A stretch of 64,000 nucleotides of DNA from Euryarchaeota archaeon UBA605 (GTDB lineage: Archaea > Thermoplasmatota > Poseidoniia > Poseidoniales > Thalassarchaeaceae): the NCBI GenBank assembly GCA_002504905.1, contig DATY01000019.1, forward strand, positions 30,326 to 94,325. Reading direction: 5' to 3'. Shown here in pieces: positions 49,248 through 57,818 of the stretch. The notes beneath the pieces were generated by a model that was not told the origin of the DNA, did no database searches, and saw only the letters and a program-made list of their open reading frames with translations. The position numbers and the translations under genes are program-made. Numbering within the stretch: the stretch's first letter is position 1; each line of letters opens with the position of its first letter.

Positions 49248-52200
49248 CCTTTAATACCGTAGCTAAATCAGAGTCTAAGGCTCTTCTAGTAGTGAACAAT
49301 AATGATAAAATAACTGCTACAAGGACTAACCCATTAACAGCTGCAATCTCCAGCCATGGCCAGACTAAATTTCTATCAATAGGGACACTCTGGCCCAAGA
49401 ATAGTTGGAAAATAAATCCGAAGATACTGAAGAAACCATTGAAAGACTCTGAAACTGCCAGTCCGAGAGTGACCCCCAAAATCATACTTACAAGTAGGAT
49501 TGACATTATCTCAAACAGAACTAGACGGATTACTTGATTGGGGCTAGCACCGATTGCCTGTAATATTGCAAGTTCTCTTTTTCTCTGAGTTAGAACCAGA
49601 GAAAGGAATACGAAGGCAGAAGAAACGGATGCCAGAGCAGCTACTACAAACATCATACTGAGTAAACCTGGAGTACCAAATATTAATCCACCATTACGTT
49701 CATTTTGTTCATGAGCAGTAGACCAATCGGATGCAGAAACAATTCCGCTATTACTCTTCAAGTCAGCACTCAAAAGTTCTAATGCCTCGGAACATTCGTC
49801 AGTTCTTTCGTCACATAATTCAAACATCCAAATAGAGGAAGTATGAGAATCTACTATCTGATTACCAAGTAGTTCTCTGTAGGTACTCTCTCCTACTACA
49901 ATTACTGAATCAGACTCAATTGATGAAATACCTGGAACCCATTGATGTTTGCCAGCGTAATTAACTGTTGCTTCAGTAGTTCCAGTTTCGACAGGGAGCC
50001 CAAGTGAATTTAATTCATATGTGGTGTATTGCAGTGTTAATGATTTACCGATAGAAGGTCTACCTAGGGTGCTTCTAGCATCGCCACCTGCTGTATAGCC
50101 ACCATTTCTCCATGTTTCGGAGATTTCATCAATATCATCTCCTGGTATTGCTTGTGAGTCCCATATTAAGGTGTTCTCATGGCCATCAAATACAACCCAA
50201 GTAAGTAAAGAAATTCCTTCTTCTTTTGTTTGAGTAAGAGTCCTAGCTACTGAAGTCATTGAAGAAATATCATTAATTTGATTGTCTGAAATTGAGTCGA
50301 TGGATAGCATCATCTGATTACGTGCCTGTTCTTCAGTGAGCGCTGTATCAAATTGAACCATGACATCAGCACCATTCTGGGCATTTGTTGTTCTCTCGTC
50401 TACCAATGTTCCTGTGTGGCCTTGAACAGCGGCCAGAGTGACTATTGAAAGTGTTAACAATAGAATCAAGGATAAACTACTGACTGAAGAACTAGAACCT
50501 GAACCACTTAATCCTCTACGAATATCTGAAATTGCTGGAGACCAACCGAATAAACGATTCAAGATTTGAGGGCCAGCGGCACCAATCCTGGAAAGAACTA
50601 GAGCGCCTCCGATCCAAAGGAAGAACGGCCCCAAAAGAAGAAGGATTGCATTTAGTATAAAATTAGTCACTATCCCAGAACTACCCCATGGCCCATAACC
50701 ACCATTCGATTGAATCCAACTCTCCGCGAAAGCAAGAAGACCGAGTATAAATGTTAACCAATGAAGAATATAATTTGGTTTTCTCTCATTTGGAATTTTT
50801 CTAACACCTTCGTCTATCTCCATACTTAGGAATTTACGTGTTGTAACGGTACCACGCCAATATGAGACCCATACAGTAAGAAGTATAACAACAAAAGTAG
50901 AACCAAGACTTAGAATAGGATCTACATTGAAATCACCTTCATCGGTAAATCTGAGGAAACCTACGGCTCTGAGAACTATTTCAACGGCACCAGTTGCAAG
51001 AAGAAATCCTAAAGCCCAAGCAACTGTTCCAATTCCAAAGACTTCCATTACCATCATTCTCGACAAGTTATCTTCTGTACCACCAATTACTCTATGAATT
51101 GCCACTTCTCTTCTCCGTTGTTCGAGAGATAATCGTATACCATAGAGTAAAACAACAAATGAGAGAGCTACTATAGGAATCACTAGAATATAATCAAAAA
51201 CCTGAATTATTCCCAAGAAGATATTCAGAAATTGAATCGTTCCTGATATCATATCAGTATATTCGACAGAAATTAAAATCATACCGGATTCATTTTCTAG
51301 TTCATAATATCGAGGGACCCAATCTTCTTCCGTTCCCGTTTGATTTCCAGTACTTATGTCATATACAGGAACATCACCTCTAACTGATTCAATATTTCTT
51401 TGTAAATCACTAAGCCAAGCAGTCGCGGCACGTGTCGAAGATGTAGGGAGTTGGGTTCGATCGACTGAAACACCCAGATATCCATGATCATTCTGCATAA
51501 GGATAGTTTTTTGTTCATCATTAAGCACTGAATCTGTGACCATTAGTGGATTGAATAGTAGTGTTGGGTTTCCGAAGCTCTCTTCATAAATTGCTGCAAC
51601 GGTAAGATTTGTTACAGTAATTGTATCTTTACAAAATAATCTCCCTATCTCAAAATTAGCATCTAATATTGAATTACATTCTTCGACTGCCTGAACGCTA
51701 TCTGTAATGCCATAAATATCTTTGACATAGGAGAATGTTAAATTATCTATTTTATCACCAACTTCAATACTTGCTGCACTAGCAATTTTTGAGGGTAAAA
51801 CAATAGATCTATTCAATTGAGCATCTATTGCTGATGATGGCCAATCTCCGAAGATTATTGTTTTAGAATGTCTTTCACCCAATTCACCGTCCCAAATTCC
51901 ATCACCATAGAATCTGATCGTTCTTTGATCATTTATTGGAGGGCCATTTTCCGAAGCCTCAGAATAATCCCAACTTACGTTTGTCCAATCGGAAGTTGTA
52001 CTATTTACAGCTTCTACATTCAAAGGTTGAGGATTAGCAAAATTTTCATCGAAAAATCCGTTAATCCGGATGCCCTGACGCCCAAAGACTAGCCCGCAAT
52101 CAGAAAACTCAGGTCTATCCGTCAAGTCGTCACAAAATGACTCCCACAAAGCTGAATCATTAGTTCTACCCTCCCAATTACCGGTTGGATCTTCTTGAAA

Positions 52201-52644
52201 ATCTATTTTTGCATCAAATACATCATTTTCAAGTGAAAATTGGAAGAATCCTTGATTCAGTCCCACTGCGTAAGCTAAAACTGTGGTGATAACTAAAGAT
52301 GAAAGGAATACTCCTGCGAATATTGCAAGTCCCCTCTCTCTACCTCTCCAGGCACTCTGCATTGCTAAACGAATATTGTTTGGAGCTCCCAACCACTTAG
52401 TACGAAATGATTGATACCATGATTTGAAATATTCCTCTAATGAGAACTTTTCCTTATCTATAGTTCTCTTTTGCTCAGGTTCAACTAATGGCCTAATTAA
52501 CCTATATATTGAACGAGCCCCAGTGATACTAACTCCAAACAATAAAATGAAAATAATAAGAAATATCCAAGCGGATATCATCGTAGGAATTACTTCGGAA
52601 AATAATGAGTTTAGGTTCATTAACTCCCCTCCTCGATTCCCCAA
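49240..52644 (-). CDS. Fused double-FtsX-domain ABC permease (1134 aa) with two large extracytoplasmic domains
   Basis: Two FtsX-type 3-TM bundles (…LSLEQRRREVAIHRVIGGTEDNL… and …LTQRKRELAILQAIGASPNQVI…), each preceded by a TM and a long hydrophilic loop. Overlaps both flanking ATPase genes. Confidence 0.8.
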   Translation of the reverse strand: MGNRGGELMNLNSLFSEVIPTMISAWIFLIIFILLFGVSITGARSIYRLIRPLVEPEQKRTIDKEKFSLEEYFKSWYQSFRTKWLGAPNNIRLAMQSAWRGRERGLAIFAGVFLSSLVITTVLAYAVGLNQGFFQFSLENDVFDAKIDFQEDPTGNWEGRTNDSALWESFCDDLTDRPEFSDCGLVFGRQGIRINGFFDENFANPQPLNVEAVNSTTSDWTNVSWDYSEASENGPPINDQRTIRFYGDGIWDGELGERHSKTIIFGDWPSSAIDAQLNRSIVLPSKIASAASIEVGDKIDNLTFSYVKDIYGITDSVQAVEECNSILDANFEIGRLFCKDTITVTNLTVAAIYEESFGNPTLLFNPLMVTDSVLNDEQKTILMQNDHGYLGVSVDRTQLPTSSTRAATAWLSDLQRNIESVRGDVPVYDISTGNQTGTEEDWVPRYYELENESGMILISVEYTDMISGTIQFLNIFLGIIQVFDYILVIPIVALSFVVLLYGIRLSLEQRRREVAIHRVIGGTEDNLSRMMVMEVFGIGTVAWALGFLLATGAVEIVLRAVGFLRFTDEGDFNVDPILSLGSTFVVILLTVWVSYWRGTVTTRKFLSMEIDEGVRKIPNERKPNYILHWLTFILGLLAFAESWIQSNGGYGPWGSSGIVTNFILNAILLLLGPFFLWIGGALVLSRIGAAGPQILNRLFGWSPAISDIRRGLSGSGSSSSVSSLSLILLLTLSIVTLAAVQGHTGTLVDERTTNAQNGADVMVQFDTALTEEQARNQMMLSIDSISDNQINDISSMTSVARTLTQTKEEGISLLTWVVFDGHENTLIWDSQAIPGDDIDEISETWRNGGYTAGGDARSTLGRPSIGKSLTLQYTTYELNSLGLPVETGTTEATVNYAGKHQWVPGISSIESDSVIVVGESTYRELLGNQIVDSHTSSIWMFELCDERTDECSEALELLSADLKSNSGIVSASDWSTAHEQNERNGGLIFGTPGLLSMMFVVAALASVSSAFVFLSLVLTQRKRELAILQAIGASPNQVIRLVLFEIMSILLVSMILGVTLGLAVSESFNGFFSIFGFIFQLFLGQSVPIDRNLVWPWLEIAAVNGLVLVAVILSLLFTTRRALDSDLATVLKGE

Positions 52645-53324
52645 GCTGAGCGTATGTCAGATGCCGCAGTGACTCCATCTTTCAACAGAAGCATTCTATC
52701 TGCCATAGATGCCAAAAGAGGATCGTGAGTGACCATCAAGACAGAAATTCCATCATTTCGACACAAATCTTGGAATAAATTGATTACTTCCTTTCCACTT
52801 TTAACATCTAGGTTTCCAGTAGGTTCATCAGCGAGAATCAATGATCTAGAACCAGAAATTGCACGCGCAACAGCAACCCTTTGCTGTTGACCGCCGGATA
52901 ATTGATCGGGAATAAAATTCATCCTATCCCCCAAACCTACTCTCTCGAGTGCATCACGTGCTCTAGTCTGAGCCTCAGCAGTTGGAACTCCGGACAATTC
53001 AAGACTGAAAATTACATTATCGAGAGCTGTTAATCTTTCCACAAGATGAAAATCTTGGAAAATCCATCCAACACCCTTTCTTCTTACATCAACTACTTTA
53101 TTCGGTGATTTAGTACCATAAACAAAGGATTCTAGATTAATTTCCCCAGAATCAGCTTCTAATAAGCCACCAATAATATTCAATAAAGTGCTCTTTCCAC
53201 AACCACTAGGGCCCATCAGGCTCACTAATTCGCCCTTCTGAACCTTGAGATTTATTCCTTTCAAAACCTCAAGTCTTCTCCTGCCTGAGCCAAACCCTTT
53301 TTTCAGATTATCAACATGCAGCAC
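52620..53324 (-). CDS. ABC transporter ATPase (MacB/LolD-type), short form
   Basis: [40 protein letters not shown] switch. Confidence 0.9.
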   Translation of the reverse strand: MLHVDNLKKGFGSGRRRLEVLKGINLKVQKGELVSLMGPSGCGKSTLLNIIGGLLEADSGEINLESFVYGTKSPNKVVDVRRKGVGWIFQDFHLVERLTALDNVIFSLELSGVPTAEAQTRARDALERVGLGDRMNFIPDQLSGGQQQRVAVARAISGSRSLILADEPTGNLDVKSGKEVINLFQDLCRNDGISVLMVTHDPLLASMADRMLLLKDGVTAASDIRSAWGIEEGS

Positions 53325-53381
53325 AAGCCTCGGAATTATGATTGGCTTAAACAGTTATTGTATTTTTGAACAATACAAAAA

Positions 53382-53771
53382 TCATTTCTTGGAATACTCT
53401 TTTAGAGATGAAAGTGATATTATCTGGAGTGTCTCTTCATGTGTAGATTCAAGAAAAACTGGACAGGCTAGTCCGAGATCATAGGCGTCTTGCCAGGTTT
53501 GTGCACATACACACCATCTATCTCCCGGTTTTAACCCTGGAAAGTTAAACTGAGGAGCCGGAGTAATCAAATTATTTCCTCTCGATAGCGCAAAATCAAG
53601 AAAATCACGAGTAACTTCGCAGCAAACAGTGTGAAGACTCCTATCCCTTCTATCTGTATTACAACAACCATCTCTAAACCAACCGGTCAATGGATCTACA
53701 GAACATGTTTTCAATTCGGTACCTAGAACATTAAATGAGGGAAGCATAATAATCATAATCCTATTCTTCAA
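53382..53771 (-). CDS. DUF2237 family protein
   Basis: NVLGTELKTCSVDPLTGWFRDGCC...HTVCCEVT..FL.F...GNNLITP...FPGLKPGDRWCVCA matches the conserved Cys-rich DUF2237 pattern. Confidence 0.75.
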   Translation of the reverse strand: MKNRIMIIMLPSFNVLGTELKTCSVDPLTGWFRDGCCNTDRRDRSLHTVCCEVTRDFLDFALSRGNNLITPAPQFNFPGLKPGDRWCVCAQTWQDAYDLGLACPVFLESTHEETLQIISLSSLKEYSKK

Positions 53772-54855
53772 ACAGTGAATTGTAAGCCTTAGACAATGCT
53801 ATTCCATGAGCTGTAGGACTTAATAAATTTCTAACATGCTGAATCAATTTCAAATTTATCTGACGTTCTTCACCTTTATTCATTCTCCATTCTGAATGAA
53901 CTGTCTCTATGGCATCAATCCATGCCCTTAATTCATCAGTTGGTAAAAGATAGTTACTAGGAATTATCTCATTATGAGCCGCGGAATCAGAAGCCAAAAC
54001 TTTGCATCCTGCAGCCATAGCTTCAGCGGGAGGATAACCAAAACCTTCTGAAACACTTGGAAATAGTAATGCTTCAGCATGCTGAAATGAAGCAATTAAT
54101 TGATCTTCGTTTAGCCTAATATCGCTACCTATATTTACTAAATTTATCTCTTTTGATATCTCTGAATCTAATCCAGAAATTATATCTTTTACTAAATCTA
54201 ACCGCTTTCTTGGTTCGTTACTGCCAACAGTAATAATCAAACATTTTTCAGGGTCATAGAAATCACTGATTAATTCAGAGGATTTAGGATTTAACTCTGG
54301 ATCCCAATGATCAACATCAATTTGGTGTCTGACAAGAGCTGTTTTCTTATTTGGAAAAAGACGTTTTACTTCATTTCTTGTAGATTCAGAAATACAGATT
54401 AATAAATCCGCTCGATTTAACCCTGTTTTTAATTTTTTAATATCATACTTTCGAATAAAATTTGGATTATTTTCGCCAACGTTGATTACATCATTATCTA
54501 TGATTATCTTACGTGGATTAATGTGAAATAAATCATGAACTGTTACTACTACTGGAATTTTACAATCTTTAGGGACTAAATGAGCTTGTTCTTGATCAGT
54601 AATATGCAATAAATCAGCATTTGAGGATTCAGTTTTTCCTCCTACTAGGTTTGGATGAATGATCCATCTATGCCAAATCCTTGCCAAAATATTATTTTTT
54701 TCAGGATGTTCTAATACACCTGCTAGGGTCCAGTCTTTTACCAATGTTTTTTCTAGGAGAGAAATAAGTGAAAAATGGGCTCTACCAAGTCCGGTATTAG
54801 AGCGCAAAGCCCCTCCTCTGCTTAGTAAAACACGTCTAACCACAGTACTCGTCAA
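53761..54855 (-). CDS. Glycosyltransferase, GT4-like
   Basis: C-terminal FPSVSEGFGYPPAEAMAAGCKVL (E-x7-E region). Confidence 0.7.
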   Translation of the reverse strand: MTSTVVRRVLLSRGGALRSNTGLGRAHFSLISLLEKTLVKDWTLAGVLEHPEKNNILARIWHRWIIHPNLVGGKTESSNADLLHITDQEQAHLVPKDCKIPVVVTVHDLFHINPRKIIIDNDVINVGENNPNFIRKYDIKKLKTGLNRADLLICISESTRNEVKRLFPNKKTALVRHQIDVDHWDPELNPKSSELISDFYDPEKCLIITVGSNEPRKRLDLVKDIISGLDSEISKEINLVNIGSDIRLNEDQLIASFQHAEALLFPSVSEGFGYPPAEAMAAGCKVLASDSAAHNEIIPSNYLLPTDELRAWIDAIETVHSEWRMNKGEERQINLKLIQHVRNLLSPTAHGIALSKAYNSLFEE

Positions 54856-54896
54856 GGCGTATCTGACTTAAACGAGAGCAGTAGATGAAGAGGTAG

Positions 54897-56120
54897 ATGT
54901 CGAGTTATGCGGGGCCGGGTTTGTCTGCAAAACCGCGACTTTTAGTTGTAAAAGGCTGTTTTTCAGCGATGGGAGGTGCTGAAAGAGATTTAATTAGAAA
55001 CATCCCCTTTCTTTCAGAAAAATTTAATGTTAGTGTTGCGACACTTGACCCTGTAGAGGAATTAGAATCGATGTGTAAAAAATTAAACTTTAAACTTATG
55101 ACTCCAAAGAAGTCTTGGAGTATTTCTGAAGATCCACTTTCAATTATTCTTGATAGAGATTCAAGTCTTGATGCTTGGAGGGAAATTGAAGGTTTAGGTT
55201 ATGCAATTAAAAATTCAGATTTTATACATATAGTTAGTGGAGATGGATCGATTTCATTTGTTGACTTAATACCTAATTCAATACCTGTCCATCTTCATCT
55301 TCTTGAGCCTCATAGAGGATTACATGAAGATGTATTGCACAAGAAAATTAATGGCCAACCAAAAAGAAATATTGGACTAACGAAGGCGCTATTATCAAGA
55401 GCGAGGAAAAGAGATATTTCACGTATAAATAAATTTAATATTAGAAAAAAATCGGCAATAAGTGGTAATTCAAAATACACGGTTTCCCGTATAAAAAAGA
55501 TTTATGATCTAGATGCAGGACTATTATGGCCTAGTATTCATCTAGAGGATTTCAGTAATGATGAGCAAGATGGTCATTTTATTGAATTAAATGAACCCTA
55601 TGTAGTTAATATTGGTAAGGCTAGTTGGGTCAAAGGTACTTGGGAGACAATCTCAATGCTACAAAAAACCAATCTTTCTTTAGCACATGTTGGTGGAGGA
55701 GATACAGAAGATATTCGTCTACTGAAAAAACACGCAGAATCATGCCAAGTAAAAGTTTGGTTCGCTCCAAGATTATCTCAAAAAGAATTGACAAAATTGT
55801 TAACAAATGCAAGAGCTAGCATTAGTATGGCTCATGGGGAACCTTTTGGATTAACTCCTATAGAAGCATTCGCTGTTGGCACACCAGCAATTTATGTTAA
55901 TGAAGGGGGTTTCAAAGATACAATCGTCAATAATAAAAATGGGAGACTAATTGTGAGAGGAGAAATAGATGATTGGCATAATGCTCTAAAAGATGCTGAA
56001 GATATGGACAATAGGATTAGATGGTCAGAAGCAGGTATGGATAGAATCAGATCTCTTGATTTAAGTTGTGAAAAACATGCAGAAAGAATTCACAGTATAT
56101 ACCAGAAATTAGATAGATAA
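54897..56120 (+). CDS. Glycosyltransferase, GT4-like
   Basis: GGAERD N-terminal motif and HGEPFGLTPIEAFAVGTPAIYV (E-x7-E region). Confidence 0.75.
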   Translation: MSSYAGPGLSAKPRLLVVKGCFSAMGGAERDLIRNIPFLSEKFNVSVATLDPVEELESMCKKLNFKLMTPKKSWSISEDPLSIILDRDSSLDAWREIEGLGYAIKNSDFIHIVSGDGSISFVDLIPNSIPVHLHLLEPHRGLHEDVLHKKINGQPKRNIGLTKALLSRARKRDISRINKFNIRKKSAISGNSKYTVSRIKKIYDLDAGLLWPSIHLEDFSNDEQDGHFIELNEPYVVNIGKASWVKGTWETISMLQKTNLSLAHVGGGDTEDIRLLKKHAESCQVKVWFAPRLSQKELTKLLTNARASISMAHGEPFGLTPIEAFAVGTPAIYVNEGGFKDTIVNNKNGRLIVRGEIDDWHNALKDAEDMDNRIRWSEAGMDRIRSLDLSCEKHAERIHSIYQKLDR

Positions 56121-56121
56121 T

Positions 56122-56697
56122 CTAGTCATTGAGATAGAACTTCATTGAGCTTGATCTTAAAGAAATTACTACTGAAATGAGGCCAAATATTGCTAAAATA
56201 AGGCTAAACCATTGATTAATAACAATAGAATTCATAAAATCGGGCCAAAATGGAAGAATGTCTAAAGTTGATTCCCCCAATGTAATTTTAGAACCTATCG
56301 ACCCTAAAATTATTATCGAAGTAAGTGCAAATAATGCAGAGAACATTTGCAAATTAGCTAAAGAAGAGTATCTCCAAAGTTCAGGACCAAATCTAAATCT
56401 ACCAATAAAGTATGATGCACTAAATCCAAAGGCGATTCCGGAAAAAATAAATTTATTATAGAATATTGCACCACCAGAATTAGTGGAAGAATAGTACCCA
56501 GAAATAATTGCCAAAGGAATTACTACCAATGTAAAAATCGAAGCAACATATGCTGCTCTATCCAAGGTAGTCTTTGAGGATTCAAGATTTGTAATATATG
56601 TAGAAAGCCATGTAAGGATTGCACAAACTCCCATTATTACACCTGAACCTGCTACTAATCCAACAACAAGATGGTGTAATGCAGTCACAAACATCAT
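56122..56697 (-). CDS. Small polytopic (~5 TM) membrane protein with adjacent His-His in TM1; third gene of the operon
   Basis: 191 aa. TALHHLVVGLVAG contains the only histidines. ATGA overlap with the upstream gene, and AAGGAGGTGA lies 6 nt before the ATG. Confidence 0.6.
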   Translation of the reverse strand: MMFVTALHHLVVGLVAGSGVIMGVCAILTWLSTYITNLESSKTTLDRAAYVASIFTLVVIPLAIISGYYSSTNSGGAIFYNKFIFSGIAFGFSASYFIGRFRFGPELWRYSSLANLQMFSALFALTSIIILGSIGSKITLGESTLDILPFWPDFMNSIVINQWFSLILAIFGLISVVISLRSSSMKFYLND

Positions 56698-57818
56698 TCA
56701 TCACCTCCTTTAGATAATTCCGGATCTGCCACCCATTCATTTTCTATTGGGTCCCACAGCCATCCTGGATTCTCATCTGACTTAATGAGCCTTGACCAAT
56801 ATTTTTCATCTAATTCTGGAGTAGTTGATTCTTGATATTCAATTATTGAATTATCAACTTCTTCAGTATTATCAATAATTTTCTTAACTCCTCTCGGCGC
56901 AAACCATGATTGTAATGAAACCATGAATCCTAATATAATTAAAGCAAAAGAAATTGATTGTAAGTTTGCTCCCAATGATGTACCATCGAAATATGGCTCC
57001 GAGGTGCCCATAGATAACCACGGCATAATATTACTGAAATCACCCATTGATGCAACCATTTGATATTCAATTCTTGTATCTCCGAGAGTTGCAGGTAGTG
57101 AAACTTCCCATTCTTGATCAGCTACCATTTCGACAGTTGCTTCATGAGATCTAGTCTCTCCTGATAATCTCCAATAAACTTCCAGAGATTCAGTATTAAC
57201 TGTTCTAATAGTAATAGTTGATGAATCTCCAGATATTCTTTCTTCTGGAGATGTCCAACCATCAGCAAGAGTAGGATAATTCTCAGGAATAGGTTCAATA
57301 TTAACTGCAATAGCGTCTGTCTCACCGATAAATGCCTTGTTATTATGATTGTAGTAACTACCATGATGGATTGAGATGTAAATTTCCTTAACACCTAAAT
57401 CTTCTGGAACTAATAGAACCCAACTAACCGTAACTTGGTTTTCAGAAGAAACTACTTCTACATAATTAGATGTTCCACCATTTGGATCTTGTATTATTGT
57501 CCATCCATAATCTTCTGGATGATCACCATTTCCATTCTTGGAACCAAGTAGGAATATTCCAACTAAGCCATTATCAGATGTATCTAAATTACTAATTGAA
57601 ACTGAAACTTCAGTAGTTGTACTTGAATAAGCAGTAGATGACATTTCTACATCTATGATTGCTGATGAAGTTGAAGACAAACTCGGATCTCCATGACATG
57701 AACCGCCACAAGTATAATCTCTGTTACTATCGCCTTTTCCACCAGGATTAGCTACTCCTGAAGAAGTTGCTAATAATAGGATTAGAATTGCACTCAGTGT
57801 AATTATTCGAGATTTCAT
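56694..57818 (-). CDS. Secreted, C-terminally anchored protein with an N-terminal C-x3-C-H-G module
   Basis: Signal peptide. YTCGGSCHG carries the only two Cys of the 374-aa protein (first Cys is residue 37). Two beta-rich modules, a TM (ISFALIILGFMVSL) and a W/D/E-rich tail. GGAGG SD, with ATGA overlap to the upstream gene. Confidence 0.65.
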   Translation of the reverse strand: MKSRIITLSAILILLLATSSGVANPGGKGDSNRDYTCGGSCHGDPSLSSTSSAIIDVEMSSTAYSSTTTEVSVSISNLDTSDNGLVGIFLLGSKNGNGDHPEDYGWTIIQDPNGGTSNYVEVVSSENQVTVSWVLLVPEDLGVKEIYISIHHGSYYNHNNKAFIGETDAIAVNIEPIPENYPTLADGWTSPEERISGDSSTITIRTVNTESLEVYWRLSGETRSHEATVEMVADQEWEVSLPATLGDTRIEYQMVASMGDFSNIMPWLSMGTSEPYFDGTSLGANLQSISFALIILGFMVSLQSWFAPRGVKKIIDNTEEVDNSIIEYQESTTPELDEKYWSRLIKSDENPGWLWDPIENEWVADPELSKGGDE

